Assembly (NCBI GenBank): GCA_051294375.1
Contig: CM119268.1
Span: 10,974,507-11,038,506 of the forward strand
DNA length: 64,000 bases
Reading direction: 5' to 3'
From: Paraspadella gotoi
Taxonomy: Eukaryota; Animalia; Chaetognatha
The notes under the pieces were generated by a model. The model was not told the DNA's origin and ran no database searches. It saw only the letters and a program-made list of their open reading frames with translations. Each line of letters begins with the position of its first letter. Positions within the stretch are counted from its first letter, which is position 1. The position numbers and the translations under genes were made by a program. Shown here in pieces: positions 27,587 to 39,495 of the stretch.

Positions 27587-30500
27587 GCTATTCCTCTCCT
27601 TCTATCCCGGAATTAGAAGAAATTGGTCTCCTAAGCAACGCCGACGAAACCTCGTGGTACGGATCCTTGACTCCGATTGGTTCTCTCTTCGGCGCTCTCA
27701 TTGGTGGATATTTCTCTCATACCTTAGGAAGAAAACTGAGGTAAGTGATGGTTTATGCAAAAACGCGCTGATGGCGCGCGAGGCCGTGCGAAGGCGCGAG
27801 ATTTCGACTTGGAATCTCTCTATCTCCATCATTTTCCCTCTCTCTCTCCCCCCTCTCTCTCTTCCTCTCTACCCGCTTTCTGTCTTGAGTGTTTTTCTCC
27901 GGGGGCATTTGGAACGAGAAATCAGATTGAAAGATGTTGCCGCGTTTTCTTTGTCTAGTTTGTGATAGTTTGCCACGAAATACTCGCGTATCTCGTGATT
28001 ATGTTCAAACTTTGTCAACTTCCCCTCCCCTCCTGTTTTTTAAAAGCACCATGCTGACCTGCATCCCCCTAGCGTTCGGTTGGTTAGCCATCGTCATGGC
28101 CGACGACATCGGATGGCTCTACTTGGGGCGCGCTCTCACGGGCGTCGGCAACGGAATGTCTTCGCTCGTCACCTCCGTCTACGTCTCCGAAGTCTCTTCC
28201 TCCAACGCTCGGGGTGAGAGGGACTCGGTTTGGCGGGAAAGAATTTTTTTTTGAAATCCCGAGAAAAACGAAATGAAAAAAATCTGCCGCTGGCCAAAAA
28301 AAAATGGCGTACTTGGTATTGTCTTGAAAATTGCGTGGTGGTTTTTTTTTTTCATTTTTATTGCTTGCATATCTAAAAAAGTTAATAAAAATACAAATAT
28401 AAAAATATAAAAATTTAAAAATTTTGTTTCATGTCATGATTGCTGCTACGTCGACATTGCTTGACGCAAGTCGGCCTTAGGCTTTAGACCTCAGGCTTTC
28501 ATTATTAAAAAAATATTACATTTAATTTCCTTCAGAATGCTAAAAAGATATTAGTTATTGAAAGGAGCTTATGTAGGCTTGGAAATGCGTTTTGCCACAA
28601 ATTGCAAACTTTCGTGAAAATCTTTCTCTCTTCCTCTTAACTTTTTCCCGCGAATTATTTTTTCCTCAAGCGAAAATTAATTGTTCGCTCAGGCATGTTG
28701 GGAACCATCAATCAGATCGCGGCATCCGTCGGCGTCTTTGTCGTCTACCTCCTGCCTTTTGCACTGGACTACAAATGGCTGGCGGTCTGCGGAGGAATCA
28801 ACGCCGCCCTTACCATGTTGATGATGACCTTTATGCCCGAGACGCCAAGGTGAATTACTTTTGATCCAAATTAGGGTCGCTGATTCCAAACCCTACCTAA
28901 GTCGCAAGTTGTGCCCATTTTCACAGGTGGTTGGTCTCCAAAGGGCGAACTCCCGAAGCAATCGACAATTTCATGTGGCTTCGCGGTTGCGACAAGGAAA
29001 CGGCGCAGATGGTCATCCTCAAATTGGAGGAAGAGATGATGAAGCAACACACGAGCTTCTCCATCAAAGAGCTCGTCCACCCGGAGGTTTTAAAACCATT
29101 CGCCATCTCTCAACTCTCCATGTTCTTCCAACAATTCACGGGCCTATTCGTTCTTTTGTTTTATACGCAAACGATATTTGAGGTAATGGAAGACGAATCG
29201 AAGCAAATTTACTTTTTAATTTCAGTAAAGTTATAGTAAGAGCTTATAAGAGCGTTTCGTAAATAGTCCTAGATTGAGAACGAAAAAAAAACAAAAAAAA
29301 ACCGACCGAATTCCAAATGATTTTCTGTCAGTCCCAGATTCGAGCCCAGTTTTCTCCATTTTCTCTTTTTGCGCGTCACTTTACCTCTCCGTGTCTCACA
29401 GCCTCAGGATCTAGGCAAGTGTATTTTCTTTTTATCGCCCATCGATTTCGGCGACGCTCTATTTTCGCTTCGGTCGTCTGATGTTTTTTTTTTCTTTCTT
29501 GCAATGGATGCAACCAATGGCATCGACGTCAAAGATGGCGGCGCCCAAACTTTCTTTTTTTTTCTTTTTGCACGATTCGCCCACGTTTGTGACGTAATCA
29601 CTTAGTTTTTTTTTTTTACCTATGCTAACTCCTCACTCTCTGAATGATTCACAACTCATTCACGTGAGCGGAAAGGCGAAAAAACGAATGTCATTAGCGC
29701 CGACGTGGTCGAATTTATAAAACGCTCCTCGTTATGCAAGAGGGAGCGCCAGGGAGCTCGCCTACGTACGCGAATGACGGTTTGTGCTATCTCCCTTTTT
29801 GATTCGCAACGAGTCAATTTTTTTTCCTTAGATGGTCGGTTTCGCCAATGGCAAAGCGGCGACGGCCGTGATGGGCGCCGTCACCGTCATCGCCTACGCC
29901 TTCACGCCTCTGCTCGTCGAACGCACGGGGCGTCGGATCATGCTTAATATTTCCGCCATCGGTGAGTGGATTACTGGGAGCGATTGATAAGATGACGAGA
30001 GAGAGAGAGGCAATTTTGGGGCGACATTATTTGCCTTAGATTCGACAAGGTGCCAAATGCCTCATTCTTTTCTATGGCTCGACCATTAGCGGTTCTATCA
30101 CGTCTCCCTTTTGAGCCTTTTTTTCTTCTCCGTAGTTATTTTTGGATGGTGGGGAAAAATAAACTGTGAAAATGGGAAAGCTTTGTCGTGAAGGTTTTTG
30201 GCTCGGCGCAACTCGATATAGGACGTTTTTCGTAAGTCAATTCGCCAAATATAATATGGGAGTGAATAAACGAGACTGTGAGAGAGTCTTGATTGAAAGC
30301 TTGCAGGGACCTGCTATGTCATTATCTTGTGTGATGGAGGCCTTAAACCACCAAAGCCTGTCCAAAGTCAGGAGCAAGATAGCTTATTTATTAAATGAAT
30401 GGATAATTTTTATATTGGTTGTACCAATTTCATAAAGCAATTAATTGTAGTTATTAATAATAAAATATTTATAAGCCATGATTATTACGTAGAACGCTCT

Positions 30501-32030
30501 TATGAGTTATGTGTTTCAATACCTTCCACTCGATTTTAATTTTTACTTTAGGGGAAGTTCGAGCTTTTATTTCTTCTTTTTTAGGCGTTCTCGTGAGTGC
30601 TACCGCGTTGGGCGCCTGTTTTTACGTTCACGACATGAACAACTTGGTACCCGATAACTCGACTCACGGTGAGAGATGACGATGTGAGGTTTAAATTCAA
30701 TGCAACGATGAATTTTATATGTGACACTTGTTTTAAGGTTTAAAATTCAGAGAAAAAGATTTAACATGACTATCGCATAAAAATCGAAAGTTTTCTTAAT
30801 GTCTCTTACTCCCCCAGGTTTTTCCGTTGCCACGACAACGGCGCCTCTTAAGGAGGAAGTGAACCGAATCATCTCCTACGTGGCGCTCATCGCTGCAGTC
30901 GGTTACATGGGGTCATACTCGTTTGGATACGGCCCGCTGCCATGGGTCCTCATCAGTGAACTCATTCCCCTCAGAGCCAGGGCCACGGTGAGATATGTGG
31001 GGGGGGGGATAAGAGTATATTTCCAAATTAAACGAATTAGTATAAATATTCGAGTTTTAACATTTTAGTTGTTTTGAAATGTTAAATTGTACTGTTTATT
31101 GGAGAACGAAGCCACGTTAGATAAGGGTGCCAATATAATAGGTATTGCTTATTATTAAACAATGAAGCAGCAGTAACTTAGTAACAAATGATTGCTCTGA
31201 GCGGGAAAGTAGGCTAATTCAAGATCGTTCCGGCCGTTGGTCGTCTCCTGAGACCAAGTAATGAGGATGAGTGGAAACCATGGTCCATGATCTGGATTTC
31301 CTGGCGCTCGCGAACACCAATGCGAATTTGGGAATAGTTAAATAAATCGTCTGCTTTCAGTTGAATCGGCATTTTAAAAAGTCAATTTGAAGCTACAAAT
31401 TGGAATTGAAATACTAGTTTGAACATTGAGCCTGAATTGAAAAAAAAATTCTATGCCGTCTCTAGTTTTTGTGAGAAAAAAAATTACAGAAAAAGGGCGT
31501 TGCCTCAACTGCACCGTAATCCTCAAGAGGACAATCGGCGACTAACCATTCTAGGCCCGCTTCGCCGCCCGCCTCGCCGCCTTTCTAGCCATTCGCCTTT
31601 CAATTCGCTAATGAGTTTCGCGAATTCCAATAAAAAAAAATGTTGCCTCGTTTAATCACCTGGAATTTTTTTTTACCTGGGCTTCGCCATCATTTTGTTT
31701 ATTGACATCGTTATCGTTTTCTTCGCTCGTAACGATTTCTATTTTTATTTTATTTTTTAACAGGTGGGAGGAATCGCCGTGTGCCTTACTTGGTTGTTGT
31801 CATTCAGCGTGACCAAAGCCTTCGCACCTCTCAGCGCCGCCATCGGCACGGCGGGCTGCTTCTGGCTTTTTGCCGGCTTTTCCTCCCTTTCGCTCATTTA
31901 CGTGACGTTTTTGCTTCCCGAGACCAAGGGCCGAACGCTGGAAGAGATCGAGTACTACTTCAAGGAGGGACATTTCCCTGATAAATACTCCAGCCCTCGC
32001 CGACCGAAGATCACTACCAGGCCCGTGTGA
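27587..32030 (+). CDS. SLC2A8: Facilitated sugar transporter, class III GLUT (SLC2A8/SLC2A6/Tret1-like); exons 2-9 of the clean copy
   Basis: GT-AG exons 27587-27740, 28047-28213, 28693-28849, 28927-29182, 29832-29961, 30585-30668, 30818-30987, 31764-32030 join in frame. Sugar-porter motifs GYSSPSI, LGRK, LYLGRALTG, VYVSEVS..ARG, MPETPRWL, FFQQFTG, ERTGRR, GPLPWVLISELIP, LPETKGRTLEEIE. With exon 1 from copy B the protein is 538 aa. Exact orthology (GLUT8 vs GLUT6) is not resolvable by eye. Confidence 0.9.
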
Positions 32031-32418
32031 ACGGAACTTTGTTTGTTTACATATACTATTTTTAATTCGCCGCTACAATTGTTGTGCGATCGGGTTTAGT
32101 TTTTTGACAGTTTAATTTTCTTTTTTTTTTTTCAATTTTCGTTTTTGTGATGCCTTTTGGTGGTTTTGAATGATAAAATTATTTGATAAAAACAATTGTT
32201 TTAATATTCTATTCAATGCCAACAATTGCAAAAATACTCAAGATTAGACTTTTGTTCTTATATTTCAAGAGATCCATGAGATGGCGAATGCAATACGAAA
32301 GAAAAAACAAAAGATTCGAAAACAATTTTGAACGAAGAGAATCAGAATTTGATTCTGAAAATCATTTTGGGCTAAAGTAAAGAGCAAAGATATCATTTTT
32401 TTCAGTTATCTAATTCAT

Positions 32419-34371
32419 TCAATTCTTAGGCCCGATAGGACCTTTAGCCACTTGGCGCGCCCTCTGTCCAAACCCAAGACTTTGCAGCGTCTCGGCCACG
32501 AACGCTCCGGTAGGCGAGACGCAAACCAATACCGCCAGTTTGGCGTCACCGCCTACAGCGTCGCTTAACAAGTGCGTAAGGCGCGAGTTTCGATAAGGGA
32601 CGTGGGCGCGTCCCTCGGCGACGGCGTTAAGCACGTCTGCCAACGCTGCCAGGCTCCGATTGATGTGGGAGGTCTCGCGGAGTGCGGCGCCAGTGACGCC
32701 CGACATGCCGACGCATTCGGATCCGGCGAGGTCGACCAACCAGAGGCGTCGGCGCCGAGGGGGAGTAACTAAGGCGACAGAATCCGTGGACTTCCATCCC
32801 CCTCGTCTCGTCGGCGACTCGACGAAATCTCGTCTTGTGTCTCTGTCGCACGATCGCGCCGAACTGCCACGTGGGCGCCTTGAGTTAGTCGCCGCAAGTT
32901 TTTTAGACGTTGCGCCGACGCGCCCGCGTTCCGGCGTCGACGGAAGACTTCGATCTGGCGGGAACTTCGGAGGCGTGGTCGGCCTTGAAACGTCTTTATC
33001 TTCTCCATTCTCTGACGCAACAAACTCGACGAGGACGACTAAATGCGACCGACTCGATCGCGCGTGCACGTTTGTCGCTACTTTCGCACGCGCCGACATT
33101 CCAATCTCGACAACGCGACTTAATTCCTCGGCGTCGCGCACCGAATGCGTTTCCACCGTCGGAAGACCCACGGAACCGTCGGCCAACACCCCGACGTCGT
33201 GCTTAAGACTCGGGTCGCCAAGAAGGTCGCGCACTTCGTTGTTGTAGACTTCCACGACGGAAACGCCGACGGTGGTGGGTCCGGAGGGAATCGATCGACG
33301 TTGGAGACCGGTTATGCCGATAAGTGCTTCGGTCGATGCTTCCCTTTCTCTTTCGGCGATCGCGTCGAAGAGAAATTTCGCTGCACGCGGGACGATCCCC
33401 TCTTCGCCGACCATCCCGTCACCGATCATCGTGTGCGTTTTCCCGCTTCCTGTTTGACCGTAGGCGAGGACGGCGGCGTCATAGCCGTCGACTACTGAAG
33501 TCAGCATCGGCGCCACTTCCTCGAAGACGTCGGCCTGAGCCTCGTCCGGCGCGAAGACGCGTTCGAATGCGAAGGACTTCACGCCGCGCGGACCGGTACG
33601 GACTTCGACGAACTCCTCATCTCGCGCACGGACAACCGTCTCCTCGCGATCCGCGTCACGCATTAGCGTCGGACGCACGCGGCACAGCACACGGATGTTC
33701 CCGCGGAGTTCCATGACGACGTTGTGGAGGTCGCGGCGACGGCGACGCTCGCGACCCAAGCGGGCCTTCAACGCTTCGGATTCGGCGTGAGACCGCGCCA
33801 ACTCTGTGGCCATCTCTTCTAAAGCAAAGTGCTGTTCCTCGATCAGATGTTGGTGGTTTTCGGCGACGTCGTCGATGCGAGAGTCGAGTGTCGATCTTTG
33901 AGTCTCGAGGCGCGAAACGTGGTCTGCTGTAAGGGAGAGGATTGCGGCGGCGTTCCTCGCGAAGAGTTGCTGGAGAGAGATCATCATTTGGCGCGTTTCG
34001 ATCAAGGAACTCTTTAGCTCTAAGAAAAAATTATCATTGATTAAATTGTACCAATAATATTTCATTCTATCGGTATCTTTGACTATCTTTGTAATAAACA
34101 GTAAGTTTTACTACCACTCACCTTCCACTTCCCTGGCCAATTCCGCCCCGCGCTGTAGCATCTCCACTTCCACCTTATCTCTCTCTCGATTCGCGCGCGC
34201 GACGGCGTCTCGGATTTCTCCTCGAAGCTGAGCCGACCTCAAATGCATCATGGCGTTCTCCGTTTCCACTTCGGCGACGCGTTCGTCTCTTGCGCGAAGT
34301 TGAGTTTTAAGATCGCGAGTTTTGCGCTGCCAGAAAGAGACGGCCTCCTCGGGGTTCGAGTCTTCGCGCAT
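32419..34371 (-). CDS. KIF25: Kinesin-14 family C-terminal motor, KIF25-like (616 aa, 2 exons)
   Basis: Exons 34371-34122 (donor GTGAGT) and 34019-32419 (acceptor cttag). Neck ELRGNIRVLCRVRP, P-loop AYGQTGSGKTHTM, switch I SSRSH, switch II LVDLAGSECVG, HVPYRNSRLTHLL. The DLAGSEC variant, the long insert before it and the N-terminal ERVAEVETENAMMHL are KIF25 hallmarks. Confidence 0.92.
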
Positions 34372-34637
34372 GTTTAACTGAATCTCTTAATATTCAATTC
34401 GGCTTTAAAAAATTTAACGTGAAGGGGTTCTCTAAAAAAGAGTAATCAAACGTTTACTGTAACTAAAAATTAAACAAAAATCAAATTAAAAGATGATGAA
34501 AATGAATGGCAATGATGTAATCTCGTAAACGTATGAACACTTTTGGCAAAGTCGACAAAAACAATCGCACCAAAATTTTATTTTTATGCATGGCAATAAA
34601 AAACGCGACCGACGTTTTTTGTCCCCGATAATTCCGC

Positions 34638-36324
34638 TCAGAACTGCTTCAGACTTATGTTCTTCCTCATTCCCAATCCCTGTACTTCGTCAATGTAGAT
34701 GGTGTTCGATTTGTTATCGATATCCTCCTCCAGGGTGAGTTGCTGGCGGCGCAAGCCTGAAACAAAACAAGTCGGGATATATATATATATTTTAGTCCGA
34801 TTAATAATCGGTTGAATCCTCGCCTTTAAGCGACGAATCCGACTCCGCCAGGCGATGCCTGAGTCTCTGAAGTTGGTCATTTAGCTCGTCCACTTCCTTC
34901 AGCAGGCGATACTGGACTGCGTCCCGGGTGAGCTCGACATTGGGCCGCTTGGCGCGCTCGTCGAGCCGCGTCTGCGCGAGCTTCATGGGGATGACCTTGT
35001 CCTCGATGGCCTTGCGAAGATTCTTGATGTTCTCCTCCTGCTCGATGAGTTGGCGCAACGTCTCCGACAACTGGTTCTCAAGACGAACCTTGGATTCCTT
35101 TAATTCTTCGATGCGTTTCCTTAGTTAATAATGTTTAAAACATTTAAAATTAAAACAAATTCTTCTTCCATTAAAAAAAATACTTAACCCAGGCCTCGTA
35201 ATTTTCCGAACTTTAACAATTAAAAATCGTACTTAAATTATAATAAATTCGTTCTCAAAACAACTCGCCTGTACGCCTCGTTGGTCTTCTCCACCTGACC
35301 CGCCATATCGTTGGTCGTCTGCGCCAACGTCGTGTCTACCATCGATCGCAGATTCTGCGAATTGTTTCTCTCCTGATAAAAGTCAAGGGAAGTGAACTCC
35401 TCGCCCGACGGAGAACCCGAGATAGCCAGGGTCTTAATTGCGCGCCTGTTCGGCCAATTCGATGTTTTTGTGAGTGAAATCCTGCCACTCTTCGACGGAG
35501 ACGGAATTCGGCTGAATTTTGATCACGCTCGCATCCTTGAAGTCGATCTGGGGACTGGAGTTGGTCAGCATTTCGCAGTACTCGTCGATGGAAAGGCCTG
35601 GCGATGGGAAGTGATTGTCGAAAAAAGAGGCCAAGTCGGAGGGGACGAGCATTGGCCCTCTATCTTATCGAGTTATTCCTTCTCACTTTGAAACTTGTCG
35701 TTCAAATCCTGTTGAAGTTTGAAGCAAGCGCGTTCGTTGAGCCGGATTTGCTCCACCATTTCTTCATGAAGCCGTTTGAGAAGTTCCATGACCCCTTGTT
35801 CAACTTCTACCTCTTTCATCAGCTCCTTTTGGGTAGGGTCGTGCGTGAGCTCGATCCCGCGGCGCCTCTCGCGGTTGGCGATGTTGTTCTGAGCGATGGT
35901 CAGCGCCTCAGCGATCCCTTCCAGGCACTTTTCCACGCGCACCTGTGCGAAATGGAATCCGATGAGACATTAGAAAATTAACAACCGTTTTCACACAATA
36001 TATAATATTCAGCGATTGTAATAACATCATGCCTCTCACCTTGTAGGCCATGAGCTTTTCGTTCTCCTGCCTCAGTCGGTCGAGCTTGTCGTCGGCCTCC
36101 TTCTTCCAGAACCTGATGTCCCAAATTCTCTGCTGGAGCTTTTTCTTGACGTCGGCCTGCGTTTTGTTAACGTCGTCTGCGGTCTGATTGGCCAAACGCG
36201 TCGATTCGGCTATGACCCGTTGCGCCATGGATCTTTCCGACTCGGAGTTTTTGTTTTTGAGCTTGTTGGCGATGCTCCATTCCTCGATCGTAAACCGCTG
36301 GGGCGGCGTCACCAGCTTGGCCAT
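34638..36324 (-). CDS. TEKT1: Tektin-1, axonemal microtubule inner protein (403 aa, 6 exons)
   Basis: Exons 36324-36040, 35942-35687, 35597-35446, 35372-35269, 35119-34824, 34756-34638 total 1212 nt in frame. N-terminus MAKLVTPPQRF..EW.IANK, DIRFWKKE, RERRRGIELTHD, signature RPNVELTRD and C-terminal NTIYIDEV match TEKT1. Confidence 0.93.
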
Positions 36325-36533
36325 CGCAACTGTTTTTTGTTGACTTTTGTTTCACAAATTTCAATCTTAAATTTATCTTTCTTTATATAGAAAAAAAAAA
36401 GAGATGATTCCAGGCTCCTAGAGTTGTAGTTTTATTAAAAAAAGTAAAACCTCTTTGTGTTGGAGTGGTTTTTTAAAAAGAAAATGCGTATCATCCCGGT
36501 TTAAATCGCAGTCGTATCCCTCGGCTTGTGACG

Positions 36534-36547
36534 GTTGCCAGGGAAAC
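36534..36547. promoter_or_regulatory. Candidate RFX X-box upstream of tektin-1
   Basis: GTTGCC-AG-GGAAAC, a near-palindromic match to the X-box (GTTGCC-AT-GGCAAC type), 210 bp upstream of the tektin ATG. Confidence 0.6.
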
Positions 36548-37918
36548 AATTTTCGTCCGTTAGAACTTAGAACTGTAAAACTGGATGCGATCGAAGAGAG
36601 AGAGAGCCAGAGGAGAGAGAGAGAGAGAGCGAAAGTTTCGTCATCAATTCGTGTCTATCATCAACTCGAGGTTGTTGTAATGAGCCTGAGGCCAACGGCC
36701 GATTTTAGTACGTTTTTAGGTATTATCACCGTTAAATTATAACAACAGAATGTGGGTTTAAGCTGAAGCTGCTAAACGAAACATTAAAAAATAACCTTTT
36801 TAAATTCTATTTTTTAGGCCTTTTAAATATTTTTGATGGTTTTTATCGTTCGGAAGTCCGAGTACCGGTTTTGGTTTCCGAACTCGGGAAGAAAAGCCTC
36901 CTAAATAAACAAATAAATAATAAAAATGGTTAAATCCACTCGCCACGAGGAGGAAATCAAAACACCTTGCATCTTTGTTATCCCCTTATCAACGTCCGTA
37001 TTCCACCTTTACTTGGGCTTGGCCGCTCCCTCTAATTATCCAAGCCCTGTTGAGTCTTGAGAGAGAATTCCTTCCGGCTTTTCAGATTTTATGGTCCCTC
37101 CAGCCCAGGAGGATTCGCCTCTTCGGTCCACCCCTAAAATCAATTGACGCTAAGACGTTTTATAGTTTATACTGACTCCTAACACGCGATCTTTGACACG
37201 GACGCCATTGTTTCGACGGGCGTCTTCATAAATCAGAGAGTTGATTAACCTGAGAAAATATGGATTAAAAAAATATGGCGATTATTTAATACGGATAAAA
37301 ATAGCTATATAGGCTTGAAGAAAGTATTAGATATAAAGATAAATGTATAAAAAAAAGCACAACCACGGAAATTACTTATACTTTATTTTTAAAAATACTC
37401 TAACATTTTTAAACGAGCTTTGAAATATTGTAAATGAAATTGTTACAACCCATATAAAATTTAGTTGATGGCAAAAATATGTTTTTCTCTCTCGGATTTG
37501 TCGGACGACATGCTGATGCATTGAAGTCGTTCTCCCAGTACTCATCCTCATTTTTTTTTTTTTTTATGGCTCATTGTGAGATTTTGTTTAATTTTGTTCA
37601 CAAAAAAACGATTTTAATGAAAAAAGCGAGCATGTTTTAACAGCCAACAACCCGATCCTGATAAATTTTACTTGTAAACGTAAAGGGAAGCCGGAGAGCA
37701 CCGGGTATTATTATCGGGATATTACTAATAGTAGTATAACTGAAACGTCTTCACACTCTTGCACTTATTTCGCTAATAAACTTTCAAGTTCGAACAGCTT
37801 AGCTTCTTCGTACCAAGGGATAAGAAAACGAAGTAGAGAACCTCAAAAGTAGAAAGATAAACATGTCCATGCGTCTTTTAGTGTTTTCGTCCACTTCCGT
37901 CTTCCCATTTTGTCGACC

Positions 37919-37927
37919 CCTCTCATC

Positions 37928-38017
<90 letters not shown>
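37919..38017. repeat. (CT)n microsatellite
   Basis: Near-perfect CT dinucleotide run of about 100 bp. Confidence 0.95.
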
Positions 38018-38020
<3 letters not shown>

Positions 38021-39378
38021 CTGGATTTTCTGTCCAACTTGTTTTTTTCTATTTCCATTCTCTTTGAGTCATGCGATTTTTCGAGTCCTCCTTCTTTAGA
38101 ACGACCGACCGGCCACGTCAAACTGAAGAAAAAGAAAATTTAAAAAGAAAAAAAAAATTAAAATCTTCAAGACTTTTTTTTCCCCGTTTTTATTTTCGAG
38201 TATTTTGTCGATGTCGTTGGGATTAGGGATTGAAGGAAATCCGATCCTCATATCGTTTTCGTTTACCATATTGCGTTTATGCTGTTCCCTACCTTGCGCT
38301 TACTACGTTAGCAGAACGTTTTTTTTTCGCCATCTCAGCAATTATTCTATTTAAGCGAACTTTAGCGAACCTTTGCGAACTTTTTGCTCCACACCCGAGA
38401 ACTTGATTCGATCGAATCACATCATCATTTGACGATTACATCACATTAGGATGTTTAAAGGGTGGCGCTCGGACGCCGATCATTAGATTTAAAAACTAAA
38501 TCAAAAATATCCACTTAAACAAATCGAGAGTGGGTGTCCTTTCAACCTTACATCACTTAGCCAATTACTATTAAACCAAGATCGTTATCCAATTGCAAGG
38601 GAAAACTTCAACGTAAAGTCGATCGGTTATGTTTCTAATTTTCGAATTTCAAGTTTGTTTTCCTTTTTAGTTTTTGGTTACTTCTAAAATTATTCCTCAT
38701 GTGGGATAATAGTATATATATACATATTTATATATAATATTATATATACATATAAATATATATATGAATAGTTTTTATAGAGGCTAACAAAGACGATAAA
38801 TGACTCGTTGCGACAAAAACGCTTTCTTGACGATTTCCCGCCCGATTTCAAAGACGTCGGCGGACTTTCTGTGACGAACTCGTCGGTTTTTGACAATGAC
38901 GTGAAAGGCCACGTGGGTGGCGCTGACTGACGCTGGCGCTGATTGAGGGACAGGGTCACCAGCGGCGCGTCAACTTAGGCGGGTCGAAACGACCAAAAAA
39001 GACCTTACCTTTCGATTATTTTCTCTTTAGGGGCAGGGTTAGGGCAATCTGACCTTTTTTCGGCTCTGGACATTTTCTTTTTCTTGTACATTCAGAAACT
39101 AAAAAAAAAATATATATTAAAAGTTAACCCATTGACACATGGTTTAAAACTGTCCTGTCAACTATTCTACAAAATATAATAAAAAAAACTAATTAATAAA
39201 TAAAACCCGCTTCTTGGTAAAATCATGAATCAAGCTTCGACCAAGCTTTTTCCTTCCTCCCGCACCTCGCGAGGCTTTTTCTCAGGCCTCGATATATGAG
39301 TTTTTACCACATGCCAGGTATTTTTTTTCCATGACTCATTCGTTCTAATCGTTCTCTCTGATCTCCGTCTCCGCGATC

Positions 39379-39413
39379 GAGAGAGAGAGAGAGAGAGAGA
39401 GACGAGAGAGACG

Positions 39414-39465
<52 letters not shown>

Positions 39466-39495
39466 GAGGAGAAGAGAGGAGAGAGAGAGAGAGAG
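39379..39495. repeat. (GA)n microsatellite
   Basis: Imperfect GA run, opposite orientation to the CT run at 37919. Confidence 0.95.

Noticed and set aside
32572-34017. Plus-strand ORFs antisense to KIF25
   Set aside because: Shadow frames of a GC-rich coding exon with no recognisable motifs.
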